Shown in pieces: positions 1 to 12,686 of a stretch of DNA of 64,000 bases. The position numbers and the translations under genes are program-made. The notes beneath the pieces are model-generated. The model had not been told where the DNA came from. It searched no databases and worked only from the letters and a program-made list of their open reading frames with translations. The stretch is from NCBI GenBank assembly GCA_002269645.1, contig NIVC01001864.1, positions 47,953 through 111,952 on the forward strand, read 5' to 3'. Each line of letters opens with the position of its first letter. Position 1 is the first letter of the stretch. Origin of the DNA: Macrostomum lignano. Its lineage: Eukaryota.

Positions 1-17
1 CAGCTAATAATCAATAA

Positions 18-190
18 CTCTCTGTCATTGAATCGGGCGCTAACCCGGCTACAGTTACTGAACCGGATCTCAACTTGCCACTGTCTAGCGTACTGTCTGC
101 CGCTGATTTTCCTCAGCTGACTGAGGCTTTGTACGCTAGCGATGGCACGGCAACTGTTAATCAATATCCTATACGAAGAGTGACGATCTG
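18..190 (+). CDS. Probable upstream exon fragment of the zinc-finger gene
   Basis: Open frame LSVIESGANPATVTEPDLNLPLSSVLSAADFPQLTEALYASDG with candidate donors at 180 (gtgacg) and 191 (gtgagc), just before the 27-bp array. Phase is not resolved unambiguously. Confidence 0.35.
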
Positions 191-211
191 GTGAGCATAA
201 ACTGCGTCTGT

Positions 212-1797
212 GGTCTCTCTCCCTGAATCTGCCTCTCCGCTTTCTGTCCCTGAATCTGCCTCTCCGCTTACTGTCCTGAATCTGCCTCTCCGCTTTCTCT
301 CCCTGAATCTGCCTCTCCGCTTTCTCTCCCTGAATCTGCCTCTCCGCTTACTGTCCCTGAATCTGCCTCTCCGCTTTCTCTCCCTGAATCTGCCTCTCCG
401 CTTACTGTCCCTGAATCTGCCTCTCCGCTTTCTCTCCCTGAATCTGCCTCTCCGCTTACTGTCCCTGAATCTGCCTCTCCGCTTTCTCTCTCTGAATCTG
501 CCTCTCCGCTTTCTCTCCTGAATCTGCCTCTCCGCTTTCTCTCCCTGAATCTGCCTCTCCGCTTTCTCTCCCTGAATCTGCCTCTCCGCTTTCTGTCCCT
601 GAATCTGCCTCTCCGCTTTCTGTCCCTGAATCTGCCTCTCCGCTTTCTGTCCCTGAATCTGCCTCTCGCTTTCTGTCCCTGAATCTGCCTCTCCGCTTTC
701 TGTCCCTGAATCTGCCTCTCCGCTTACTGTCCCTGAATCTGCCTCTCCGCTTTCTCTCCCTGAATCTGCCTCTCCGCTTTCTGTCCCTGAATCTGCCTCT
801 CCGCTTTCTGTCCCTGAATCTGCCTCTCCGCTTTCTGTCCCTGAATCTGCCTCTCCGCTTTCTGTCCCTGAATCTGCCTCTCCGCTTTCTCCTTCTGAAT
901 CTGCCTCTCCGCTTTCTGTCCCTGAATCTGCCTCTCCGCTTTCTCCTCCTGAATCTGCCTCTCCGCTTTCTCTCCCTGAATCTGCCTCTCCGCTTACTGT
1001 CCCTGAATCTGCCTCTCCGCTTTCTCTCCCTGAATCTGCTTCTCCGCTTTCTTCTCCTGAATCTGCCTCTCCGCTTTCTCTCCCTGAATCTGCCTCTCCG
1101 CTTTCTCTCTCTGAATCTGCCTCTCCGCTTTCTGTCCCTGAATCTGCCTCTCCGCTTTCTGTCCCTGAATCTGCCTCTCCGCTTTCTCTCCCTGAATCTG
1201 CCTCTCCGCTTTCTCTCCCTGAATCTGCCTCTCCGCTTTCTGTCCCTGAATCTGCCTCTCCGCTTACTGTCCCTGAATCTGCCTCTCCGCTTTCTGTCCC
1301 TGAATCTGCCTCTCCGCTTTCTGTCCCTGAATCTGCCTCTCCGCTTTCTGTCCCTGAATCTGCCTCTCCGCTTTCTGTCCCTGAATCTGCCTCTCCGCTT
1401 ACTGTCCCTGAATCTGCCTCTCCGCTTTCTCTCCCTGAATCTGCCTCTCCGCTTACTGTCCCTGAATCTGCCTCTCCGCTTTCTCTCCCTGAATCTGCCT
1501 CTCCGCTTACTGTCCCTGAATCTGCCTCTCCGCTTTCTCTCCCTGAATCTGCCTCTCCGCTTACTGTCCCTGAATCTGCCTCTCCGCTTTCTCTCCCTAA
1601 ATCTGCCTCTCCGCTTTCTGTCCCTGAATCTGCCTCTCCGCTTTCTGTCCCTGAATCTGCCTCTCCGCTTTCTGTCCCTGAATCTGCCTCTCCGCTTTCT
1701 GTCCCTGAATCTGCCTCTCCGCTTTCTGTCCCTGAATCTGCCTCTCCGCTTTCTGTCCCTGAATCTGCCTCTCCGCTTTCTCTCCCTGAATCTGCCT
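212..1797. repeat. 27-bp minisatellite CTGAATCTGCCTCTCCGCTTTCTGTCC
   Basis: About 58 near-identical tandem units upstream of zinc-finger exon 1888. Confidence 0.95.
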
Positions 1798-1887
1798 GCG
1801 CAGATATATAGTGTATCTATACCTCGAGTAGTCTTAAAGAACTGCTTCAACTGACGGCCTTTGCTCCCTTAATTTTACCTTTCGCAG

Positions 1888-4800
1888 ATTAGCCTAGACG
1901 CTTACTACGGCTGCGCTAAATGCCAGCGCAGCTTCTACAAAGCTAAACAATTGCAATTGCACGTGCGCACTGAGCATCACCAGGAGAGGCACTCGTGCGA
2001 ACTGTGCGGCAAGGCCTTCCTATCTGAGCTGGCGTTGAAAAATCACCAGCTGGCTCATCAGCCCGACCAGCCAAAGCAGTGCCGAGACTGCGGCCAAGAG
2101 TTCGTTAGCCAGAGCGCACTGGCTGTGCACACGACTATGCGGCACAATGATAGGCGCCATTTTCGGTGCAACCATTGCGAGCGGGACTTTCACAATATTA
2201 AGCATTTGCAATTGCATATTGGTGAACTGCGCTCCGAACGGGAAAGTCTGATTGTGGATTTGAAAAAAGTGAGCCAGGGGTTATTGCTTGATTGGCTTGG
2301 GTTGGGAAATGAAATTCAGTGGCTTGGATTAGTATTTAGCTGATTTGACTGGCATAAAGTGGCTTAGATTGAAATTTCATGACTTCGATTGGAATTTAGT
2401 GGCTTAGATTGGAATGAATTGGTTTGGATTGAAATGGAGTGGCTTGGATTGGAATGGAGTGGCTTGGATTGGAATGGAGTGGCTTGGATCGATTGGAATG
2501 GAGTGGCTTAGATTGGAATGGAGTGGCTTGGATTGGAATGGAGTGGCTTGGATTGGAATGGAGTGGCTTGGATTGGAATGGCGTGGCTTAGATTGAAATG
2601 GAGTGGATTAGATTGAAATGGAGTGGCTTGGATCAATTGGAATGCAGTGGCTTGGATTGGAATGGAGTGGCTTGGATCGATTGGAATGGAGTGGCTTGGA
2701 TCGATTGGAATGGAGTGGCTTAGATCGATTGGAATGGAGTGGCTTGGATCGATTGGAATGGAGTAGCTTGGATCGATTGGAATGGAGTGGCTTAGATCGA
2801 TTGGAATGCAGTGGCTTGGATTGGAATGGAGTGGCTTAGATTGGAATGCAGTGGCTTGGATTGGAATGGAGTGGCTTAGATTGGAATGCAGTGGCTTGGA
2901 TTGGAATGCAGTGGCTTGGATTGGAATAGAGTGGCTTGGATTGGAATGTAGTGGCTTAGATCGGAATGGAGTGGCTTGGATTAGAATTTAAGCGTGTTAG
3001 AAATAGAATTAGAATTGAAATAGTTTGAATCGTAATTAAGCGTGGCTTGGATTGGACAACATTATCATGATTTGGACTATGGTGTTACGCATATGGAATG
3101 AGCTTAAGTAGCTTGTATTGGTCTTGTATTTATAGCACAGATTTGAGCTCCATCTCAATCCCACAAATGCTTCAAGGCGCGCCACTACCAGCTGGGCAGT
3201 CGGGACTTTGTCCGGGAGCGGCGCTGCCAGCTTCGCCTGCCGGAGGACGAGACTCGCAGCCTGGCCCAATCGGCGCTCACCACTGACATGACCGTCTCGC
3301 AGCGCATGCTAGTCAGAGCCGCCAAATCTCGGCACACCGATGATGAACTAGCTGGCTTCACCGCCGCGGCTGCCTCCGCCTCGTCCGCTGCTCATCATCG
3401 GCGCGTCGGTGTCGCCGAGGAGGGCGGCGTTAGCGACACTGCCGGCGCTGGATTCGAGTGCGACATCTGTCACGCCCAGTTTTCCAGACGGGTTGAACTT
3501 GTGCGGCACAGCAACGTGCACATCGGGGCCAGGCCGTTTAGTTGTAGCGTCTGTCAGAAAACTTTCACGGCTAGCAGCTCGTTGAAGTATCACATGAGCA
3601 GGCTGCACAGTCAACAGGTGGGTTTTGAGTTGTTAATTGAATTTTTGTGTACCAGCATTTTCATCGCTTCTTTAGGGCCTCTAAAGATTCTGCAGACTTC
3701 TGCACATTCCTCTAACCCTCGTCTGGGAGCCGCCCCTTAATCCCCGCCTGGAAGTCGCTCTTTAACCCCCTCCCCTGGGGAATCGCCCTTTAACACCCCC
3801 ACCCCCTGGGGAATCGCCCTTTAACCCCTCCCCGTGGGAAATCGCCCTTTAACCCCACTCCCCCTGTGGAATCGCCCTCTGACCCCCTCCCCCTGTGGAA
3901 TCGCCCTCTGACCCCCTCCCCCTGTGGAATCGCCCTCTGACCCCCTCCCCCTGTGGAATCGCCCTTTAACCCCCTCCCAATCGGAATGCGCCCTTTAACA
4001 CCCTCCCCCTAGGGAATCGCCTTTTACCCCCCCCCCCCCGTAACTCTTGCTGCCACGCGGCACAGATGTTAAAGCAACAGTAAATTAATAGCAATAATAG
4101 AGAATTGTGTCAGTGGGCGCCAGCACCATAGAGACCAAAGCACTATATCATTATTAAACTTTGCTATACCCGAATTTTCGGGGGCAACTCTCCAATCTCG
4201 CAGGTGAAGCTGCTGGCCTGCCATCTATGCAAGAACTACTTCTCATCGAAGAGCAGCCTGCGAACCCATATGAATTTGCACGCCGACGCCAAGCCCTACC
4301 AGTGCCAGCTGTGCTCGGACAGTTTTCACTCTTCGTCGAGTAGAAAGCGGCACTATTTAAAGAGCCACAATATGCTGCTTAAACGGGATCCGACCACTGC
4401 TAGGGTTCGGCCCATTCCTGTTGGTGCGGACGGTAATCGGCAACGGCAGCAGCTGTCCGCAGTTGCTGAGGAAGCCGCCCCATCCGGGCCCGCGCCGTCT
4501 ACGTCGGAAGTCGAGACGGCGACGGGCTCAGCGTCGGCGTCATCGGCAACAGCGGCAACGGGGTCTCGACAGCCGAATCGGCGGCAGAGGCAGCCACCGC
4601 AGAGGGATCTTCTGCAGCAGCAGCGAAGGCGGCAGCGGTACAGGCAGCGCCAGTTGCAGAAGAAGCAGCAGCAACAACAGCAGCAACAACAACAGCAGCA
4701 GCAGGAGTTGATCCTTCAGCAGCAGCAATTCCATCAACAGTCTCAGCAACAGCAACAACAACAACAGCAGCAATTGGTTCTTAGTGTAGATTCTGGCAAT

Positions 4801-5871
4801 GTGTTATACGTTATAAGCAACACCGACATGCTCACCGCCTCCGGCGACATCGTGAGCTCCGGTACGGCCGGGTCAGTCGGGGGCCCCACTCTGCTCCTAG
4901 CTGAGTCCGATCACAGCGACCTGTCGCTTCTGCTGCAAGGCTACGGTTTCCAGACTACGTCGGCACCTTCAACTGTCAGCTCCGTGTCAGCTGTTGCCGC
5001 CACCGCCGCTGCAACCGCCGCTGCTTCTGCCTCTAATGCTTCGGCATCGACTGTTCCGACTGCGGCCGTTGCGGCCTCCAGCACATCGGCTGTTGTCGAC
5101 CCGGCGTTAGAAATCGACATCGACGCCGTCGACAAGATGGTTGTCATAGCTGAACAGCAGCAGCAGCAGCAACCGGACAGCTGCACAGCCGGACAGCAGT
5201 TTGACGGTTCCGACTTGGCTGGTCAGGCTGCCAGCGAGTCACTCCTGAAGGAGCTCAGCGGCGAGCCCGGTCCTCCGCCGCCACCGCCGCAGACAACTTT
5301 GCTAGCATCTTCATCGTCGGCGTCAAACGGTTCCGCCATCCAGCGTACTGGCGGTCGGAATTATCGACGCCTGCCCGACGCTCCGCCGACATCGGGCACC
5401 GCCGGGTCGTCGTCTGCAGCCGCCTCCGCCGCCGTCATCAGCAGCAGCTACAAGCGAAGCTACCGCTGCGACCAGTGCTTGCAGTTCTTCAATAGTTTGC
5501 TAGCTTACGCTTCCCACACTTGCGAGGCGGCCGGCACGGTCGATTCCATCGCCTCAGCACCCTCGTCGGCAGCCAAGCGGCCAAGTAAGCTGCAGGGTTT
5601 GCACAAGTGCTACGCCTGTGATCGCGAGTTCACCTGTCAGTCGCACCTCCGCCGTCACGAGGAGTCGCACAACAGTAGGGAGGACTCTAAGCACGTGTGC
5701 TCAAGTTGCAATATTAGTTTTACCCAGCGATCCTCGTTAGTGACGCACATGCTGCTGCACTCCGACAAGCCCAGGCCGCACCTGTGCAAAGTGTGCGGCA
5801 TTCGGTTCTCCCAGCGCGGCAATTTGTTACGGCACTTCCGAATGCTGCACAAAAGCGACGCGGCTACTTAA
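1888..5871 (+). CDS. Multi-C2H2 zinc-finger transcription factor, 5'-incomplete; exons 1888-2268, 3177-3617, 4204-5871
   Basis: About 12 C-x2-C-x12-H-x3-5-H fingers (e.g. HSCELCGKAFLSELALKNHQLAH, FSCSVCQKTFTASSSLKYHMSRLH, HLCKVCGIRFSQRGNLLRHFRMLH) plus poly-Q and Ala/Ser linkers. Phase-0 junctions: ttcgcag|1888, 2268|gtgagc, ttcaag|3177, 3617|gtgggt, ctcgcag|4204; stop TAA 5869-5871. The 3177 acceptor is the least certain. Confidence 0.88.
2290..2990. repeat. 20/24-bp minisatellite GATTGGAATGGAGTGGCTTG
   Basis: Tandem units in zinc-finger intron 2269-3176. Confidence 0.9.
3735..4040. repeat. ~23-bp C-rich repeat with GGAATCGCCCT core
   Basis: About 10 units in zinc-finger intron 3618-4203. 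Confidence 0.85.
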
Positions 5872-6194
5872 CTCGACAAAAGCAGAGTGCCCTTGGCAAA
5901 GGGGAAAACAATGGGCACTTTTGGTGCAGTTGAACTAAAATATAGTTCCGCATTATTCCTGTTATTTAAGTCAATCAGCATTAAATATTTTTAATATATA
6001 GGAAGTTAATATTGTATAAATTCCCTAATTTGTCAATTGCGTCATACAATTGCAGAAAATAAACTTTACGAATTGATATGCCGTGTGTTTATTGCTTTCA
6101 CTTGTCTACTCGACGTTTTATATTGACTTTTAACACTAGAAGCTGTATGTAGCAGTAAACCTGTTAGAGATGCTTGCAGCTATCTCTTTCACAG

Positions 6195-6470
6195 CCTACT
6201 CTCTCTCGCCTCATGATCTCCCACTCTCCCTCTTCTCCCTCTCCATCCCATCCCACTCTCCCTCATCTCCCTCTCCATCCCATCCCACTCTCCCTCATCT
6301 CCCTCTCCATCCCATCCCACTCTCCCTCATCTCCCTCTCTATCCCATCCCACTCTCCCTCATCTCCCTCTCCATCCCACGCCCGCTCTCCCTCATCTCCC
6401 TTTCCACCCCATCCCACTCTCTCGATTCACTATCCATACCCTTCCGCTCTCTCATCTCCCCTCTCTATCC
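6195..6470. repeat. 27-bp pyrimidine repeat CCATCCCACTCTCCCTCATCTCCCTCT
   Basis: Tandem units between the zinc-finger gene and CSN6. Confidence 0.85.
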
Positions 6471-6618
6471 CGCAGCCTTCCTATTCTCTTATCTTTATTT
6501 CCAAAATGCCATTAGGTTGCTCGAATTTAATTACATTGAAGTTAGATTTACAAAGCGCATTTTCAACAGTACCGCACCTATTATTCCAGTATTCAAGCCA
6601 AACCATATCTGTAAAACA

Positions 6619-8720
6619 ATGGAAGTAGACGCTTCTACAACCTCCGGGACAGCTGCCGCATCAGCTTCAGACTCTTTGTCCGCAGGCTCGCCGGGCCACA
6701 TGGCTCCGCAAGGCGTGCAGCCGTCCGTGAACGCCGCCCTGCACCCGCTGGTACTGCTAACCATCTCCGATCACTGGACCCGCTGCCGGCTGCAGTTCGG
6801 TCACAATCGGGTACTAGGCGCCCTGTTAGGCAAGCAGGAAGGTCGCCTAGTAGAAATTTGCAACTGTTTCGAATTGGCGCCATATTTCTCGCCGGCTAAT
6901 CCGCAGACAGCCGATATTGACACTATTGATGCTGGATTCTTTCAGACTAGGCTGGCCCAGTATCGCGAGGTCTATCCTAGCCTCACTGTGGTTGGCTGGT
7001 ACTACTGCTGCGACCTGCCTGAAGAGGTAAAATGTTGGGACAAGGAAGTAGTCGTGATCACCAGCAATCTAATTACACAGCCCCTGCCCTGTATCTGAAA
7101 TAATATTCTTAAGTTGTTCATTTTTTTAAATATAGTAATAAAATTCCAAATTTTCTACTTTAAGTAGAAAAATGCAGTGATGAAAATATAAAAGTTGTTT
7201 TTCCGAAGAGGGGATTGTACGTAGTGGTTAGGGCGTCGGACTCAAGACTGAGAGGTCGGGGGTTCGATTCTCGACCCACTCGGAACAATTTGTCCTTGAG
7301 CAAGTCCACCCAACTGTAAAATGAGTGCCAGTATTCGCTGGGGTAATTGACGACCCCCCAGTCTTTGAACTGAACAGCCGTACGCAGCCTTCAGATGCGC
7401 CGCGCAATAGCTGCGGCTGAGCTACTCAATATTAATAATAAAAATAAAAATAATTGATTACACCTGCCCTAATTGGGCCAGATGTGCAACCGACAGCTCA
7501 GCAATACAGAGTTGAGTGTCTTGCCCAAGGACAAATTGTTCCAGTGGGATCGGGAGTCGAACCCCCGACCTTCAAGTCGTGGGTCCGACGCTCTAACCAC
7601 TAGGCTACTCAATATTGAATTATCGTCAATAATTGCGCCAAAATCAATATTAATCATGCATTAGTCCTAAAAACCGCACCCACAGGTGACCGACACTGAG
7701 GCAGCCTTGCACAAGCAGGTGTGCGATCTTGTAATGTCGGACTCGCCACTAATGCCGGTGTTGCTCCGCCTGCTGCCCAGCTCAGCGGCTACCACGGCCG
7801 AATCCCTGCCGGTTCGTCTATTCGAATCCGTGCTAGAACTGGTGAACGGCTCGCCCAAGTGTCTGTTCATACCCCTGCCCTACAGTCTGGCCACCGAGGA
7901 GGCCGAGCGAATCGGGGTTGACCACGTGTCCAGGGATATGTCCGGCAGCGGTGGGACTAAGGTTTGTCGCGAGCTCGAGGCATTGTTGTCATAAGCCCCA
8001 CAAAGTATAAAAACTGCATGATGCATTAAGAAGTTACGGTCTGGTATTGCTCAAAGCCTTATGTAGTCCTAAAAGCAAGCGAGCAAGCATTTTAGCTGCG
8101 CCCGCTAAGACTCAATGTCTATGGCCAAAAAGCCGAATTTGTAAGTTCGTACCGCCTTCGAATCGAGTAAACAGTACGGACTTTCACTTGTAGCCACTTC
8201 ATCGCTAATCTTTTTGTACTTGTTGCCAACGAGTGTCGACAATTTTCAGTCTCGCAAGTCTGATTTCCGTATCTATGATTGAATTGAAAGCTTGCAGTAC
8301 CAACTAGGCCGCAAAAAGGAATATTAACTTCAATACAAATTGCATCAATAATAAAAGGCATTATTCATTTTTTTGATATTTACCCGCTAGGTTGCCGAAG
8401 CCCTAGCCGTACAGCGCAGCGCTGTCCGCGCCCTGTACAGCCGCCTTGGCCTACTACTGTCCTATCTGCGCGACGTGTCCGCCGGCCGGCTGCCGCCGTG
8501 TCACGCTATTCTGCGCGACCTTCGCCGACTAGCCGACCAGCTGCCTGTGTGCGGCGGTGAAGATTTCTATCGGTCATTCTATCGTCAGTGCAACGATGTG
8601 CAGCTGACAGCTCTGCTTGGCACCCTGATCCAGGCCACTAACACTGTGCACCAGCTGATCGGCAGGACCGCCCTCCTGCAGGACAGGCGGCGGCGCGGCG
8701 TGCCCAGCGGTTATAACTGA
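6619..8720 (+). CDS. COPS6: COP9 signalosome subunit 6 (MPN domain); exons 6619-7026, 7686-7961, 8391-8720
   Basis: HPLVLLTISDHWTR, LGALLGKQEGRLVEICNCFEL, PVRLFESVLELVNG, YSLATEEAERIGVDHVSR and VAEALAVQRSAVRAL match CSN6. All junctions are GT-AG, phase 0. Confidence 0.95.
7211..7433 (+). mobile_element. tRNA-derived SINE copy in CSN6 intron 1
   Basis: A box TAGTGGTTAGG, B box GGTTCGATTC, then CORE-like GTCCTTGAGCAAG...CTGTAAAATG. No intact cloverleaf 3' end. Confidence 0.7.
7434..7610 (-). mobile_element. Second tRNA-derived SINE copy, opposite orientation
   Basis: Reverse complement AGCCTAGTGGTTAGAGCGTCGG...GGTTCGACTCCCG...GTCCTTGGGCAAGACACT. A 13-bp direct repeat GCTACTCAATATT lies at 7421-7433 and 7604-7616. 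Confidence 0.7.
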
Positions 8721-9799
8721 ACTACTGACTAGATATATACAGAATTAAGGTCTTTTGAATCGATTTCACGGTTGAACTAGGGTGCCCTGATTAGTTGGGA
8801 CACAAATTGAGTGTCTATCTTAGCTATCTTTTCTAATACTAGGGCCTAATGCAACCCTGAAAATGACAGTAAATTGGCATAAAGTGACGCCATGCGGCTC
8901 CAGAGTTATTGTAGAAGCGCACTAGATAAGCTTCTTTCCTATTTTACCTGTTACCTGCAACGACTCTGAAATGACTTTGGAGCGACTCTGGGGTGCTTCT
9001 TGGCCTAGGTAACCGTTTTAGTTTGGACAACATTCACATAAAGGCAAAGGAATCAAAAAAAGTTTGTATGGTATTTCCATTCTCCATATTTATCCCATGC
9101 ACTGGCGGGGGAAGGCCTTCTGTTGTCCTTTCAGGGTTAGCATCATTTTTGGCATCTTCGTATATTACGAGTATACGCAATTTCACCTTTGACTGCCCCC
9201 ATTTCTCCAAACTAAGATTAATTAAAGAATCTATACGTACTACTGACGACCAGTAGCGAGCATGTAATATTTCCCCCGGTTATTACAAACTTGTCTGTAT
9301 TGCATATAGAATAAAGTTAGGGGCAAGGCAAGGCTCCGGATTGATTATTCTGTATAACTTTATAAATATAATTGTAATAAATTTAGTATAAAAAATACAT
9401 TTGGCGTGACACGTTGGTTATTTACATATTTATGTGTTAGCAGGTGCTCGCTATGGCTTTGTTATTTTTGCCAAGCTCTTTTATTGTCATGTAGTTATGG
9501 CTTCTAAAATTACCGTATTGGTACTCATTTTTTGCTTTGAAGGAATCTCACTAAATTGGCTAAGCATCCTATTGCTACTACTATTATCTGGGCAGTAGGA
9601 AGTGCCGTCTTTTTTCTACCTATTTTAATGTACACTGTATGAAACAATATAGAATATTTCTGGCTTATAGCATAGCTCTCACGTTTAGAAATGCTCTTTC
9701 AATGAAGCATTGCGAAATTAAGGCTTCTGAAAGAAACTTTGTTTAAGACATTGTTTAACGTTTAAAAATTAACGCTTCGCCTCATCGAAGATAGTAAGC

Positions 9800-10445
9800 T
9801 TCACAGGCCCAAAACTTCACAAATCCAAACTTCACAAGCCCAAAAATTCACAAACCCGAAATTCACAAACCCGAAATTCACAAGCCCGAAACTTCACAAA
9901 CCCAAAGATCCACAGAATAAAACTTCACAAGCCTGAAACTTCACAAGCCCGAAACTTCACAAACCCAAAGATCCACAGAATAACACTTCACAAGCCCGAA
10001 ACTTCACAAACCCCAAACTTCACAAACCCCAAACTTCACAAACCCCAAACTTCACAAGCCCCAAACTTCACAAACCCCAAACTTCACAAGCCCCAAACTT
10101 CACAAACCTCAAACTTCACAAGCCCCAAACTTCACAAACCGAAGCTTCACAATCCCGAAACTTCACAATCTACATACTTCACTGTCCCGAAACTTCACAA
10201 ACCCCAAACTTCACAAACCCCAAACTTCACAAACCTCAAACTTCACAAGTCCCAAACTTCACAACCGAAGCTTCACAAACCCCAAACTTCACAAACCTCA
10301 AACTTCACAAACCCCATACTTCACAAACCCCAAACTTCACAAGCCCCAAGCTTTACAAACCTGAAGCTTCACAAACCCCAAACTTCACAAGCTTCAAACT
10401 TCACAAGCCCCAAACTTCACAAACCGAAGCTTCACAAACCCCAAA
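9800..10445. repeat. 16-bp minisatellite AAACTTCACAAACCCC
   Basis: About 40 variable units upstream of BLZF1. Confidence 0.9.
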
Positions 10446-10713
10446 TTTTTTGGCGATGCAAAATTTCGAGCTTGTGAAGCCCTCCCCCCTAGCCGTGATT
10501 TTTTGCCTCAAAGGTGTTGTCATTCAGATTTTTTAAGCAAGCGATATTGCACATTACATAAACTTCTAATGTTTATGGAACAATATTGTTTCTCACAGTT
10601 AATCAAGGACTAATTCCATACACCTTTCAAATACTGTAAGTAGTCTATATAATACTTGAGTGAAATAAATCCCTGAGTGTTGCAAAAATGCAGCTTCCAG
10701 CCGGTACCGCACG

Positions 10714-12626
10714 ATGCACGCTACTGAGCATCAGTTTCGAGTTGCCGACGAGACAGACTCAGCCGATTCAGCTACTGACAGCGAATTCGATAGTAAATTG
10801 CATTCAATTAATAAAGCAAAACAACGCGCCAAAAAGAAACTGGCTATTGAAGTGCCCAAAGAGCCGTACAAATGCGCCACTGTCGCCGCCGCGCCCATCG
10901 TCTCTGGCTCAAGCGCCGCTTCTCCATTGCCGGCGACTGGCGGCGCCGGCCTGCCGCCGCTGCTAAGCCGCTTCCAGCTGGCCAATCAGCCTAGCGAGGA
11001 CGCTATCCGATCCAAGCGCTTAGTTCCGTACGAGGTCGACTCCGCCACTGTAGCCTGGCTGCTGGCTCACAATCAGCAACTGTCGCCGCCTGTCGATCAG
11101 CACGGAGTTGGCGGCAAGCCAACAGCTCTGGTTAGGCCTTGCAGGCATACCAGATCGTTAGGTGTGCAAACTGACGCGCTGAGCTTGGACACCTCGTGTC
11201 TGTTGGAAGATTTTCTTAGATCTAGCCGGGCTGTTGGGTTGCTTAATAGCGGCAGTGGCGGCGCCGCAGCTGGGGCAGCTTCGGTTTCTGAGTCGGCTGG
11301 TGTGAGTACTTCAATTAAATTCCTTTTTACCCTTATTTTCAGTTTTTCTATATCGAAATTTTACCGGTTCTTCATCAACGTGTCACCTGTTCTTCATCAA
11401 AGTTTCGCCTGTTCTTCATCAAAGACTCACCTGTTCTTCATCAAAGTTTCACCTGTTCTTCATCAAAGACTCACCTGTTCTTCATCAAAGTTTCACCTGT
11501 TCTTCATCAAAGTGTCACCTGTTTTTATCAAAGTTTCGCCGGTTCTTCATCAGAGTTTCACCTGTTCTTCATCAAAAACTCACCTGTTCTTCATCAAAGT
11601 TTCACCTGTTCTAAATCAAAGTTTCACCTGTTCTTCATCAAAGACTCATCTGTTCTTCATCAAAGACTCACCTGTTCTTCATCAAAGTTTCACCTGTTCT
11701 AAATCAAAGTTTCATCTGTTCTTCATCAAAGTTTCACCTGTTCTTCATCAAAGTTTCACCTGTTCTTCATCAAAGTTTCATCTGTTCTTCATCAAGAAGG
11801 ACATAGTGACATTGTGTTACAATGCCAAATCTTTCAGGCCCAGTCTACGGCTGATGCGGAAGAATCCGCCGAATCGTTGCGCAACCGTTGCGACGAGCTC
11901 GCCAAGGTGAACGCTGATCTCAAGCGGCTCCTAGTGGCCGCTCTGGGCCTCGACCTGCAGGCACAGCTGGACCGCCTGTCCAGCGAACGGGCCCAGCTGT
12001 CCGCCCAGCTAGCCGCGGCCGAGTCTCGCTGCTCCGAGCTGGCCGAAGAGCGCGATCGCCTCGGCATCGAAGCCGACATCTGGCGCAGCAAATTCACGGC
12101 CGGCCGAGTCATGATCGACGAGCTGGCCGGCTGGCGCGCCCGGCTGCGGGCCAGCTATGCCGGGGCGTCGCGAGCGCTCGACCTGCTGCTGCAGGAACGG
12201 CAACAGCTGCGGTCGGATCTGGCCGATACGTTCAGCCATTTGTACCTGCTGGCCGCTAATCAGGATGAGAAATTCTCGCCCGAGCCACCGGCCAATACGC
12301 TGGAATTATCCATATTGAATCGGCACGTGTCGCTACGCCTGTGGCAACAGTGGCGAGATCTGCAGAATTCGGCCAGCAGCGGCAAGCCTGTGTCTGCCGC
12401 CGCCGCGGCTACTGCCGGCGTACTACGACGCCTGGAAGCCTGCCGCCAGTGCACGCCAGGCGAAGCGGCCGCTGTCGATGCTCTGGGAGCTGCGTCTGCG
12501 CCCAACCTGCTGGCCGACGGCACCGGCCGGTATTCGGCCGCTTATCTGTCGCCCGAATCTAAAGTCTGCGAACAGCTGGCCCTGCACAGCTGCAAGGGAT
12601 GCCGAGGCGACACGTTTGTGGTGTGA
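10714..12626 (+). CDS. BLZF1: Golgin-45 (BLZF1) coiled-coil Golgi protein; exons 10714-11301, 11838-12626
   Basis: VNADLKRLLVAALGLDLQAQLDRL, EADIWRSKFTAGRVMIDEL and C-terminal HSCKGCRGDTFVV resemble golgin-45 and its Cys-containing GRASP-binding tail. Phase-0 intron 11302-11837; AATAAA at 12657. Confidence 0.85.
11365..11795. repeat. 22-bp minisatellite TTTCACCTGTTCTTCATCAAAG
   Basis: Fills most of the BLZF1 intron. Confidence 0.9.
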
Positions 12627-12686
12627 CGGCTGGACTTTGTTGGGCTTCGTTGAATTAATAAAGGAAGATCCTGCTACTGTTTCCAT

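Noticed and set aside
456-1850. 464-aa Arg-rich ORF on the - strand
   Set aside because: Translation of the 27-bp tandem repeat, antisense within a probable intron; no domain content.
3136-3176. Frameshift in the zinc-finger gene at the tatag/cacag acceptors
   Set aside because: The ttcaag|3177 acceptor restores frame without an error, so pseudogene status is not supported.
7211-7610. tRNA genes
   Set aside because: A and B boxes are present, but the acceptor and anticodon stems are degenerate and both run into a shared non-tRNA body, as expected for SINEs.
8830-9155. Short imperfect inverted repeat (AACCCTGAAA / TTTCAGGGTT) downstream of CSN6
   Set aside because: Only about 12-20 bp of imperfect match and no TSD; too weak to call a MITE.
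11302-11910. Extension of the BLZF1 ORF through FIKVSPVLHQSF repeats
   Set aside because: A strong donor at 11302 and an in-frame acceptor at 11837 place this array in an intron.
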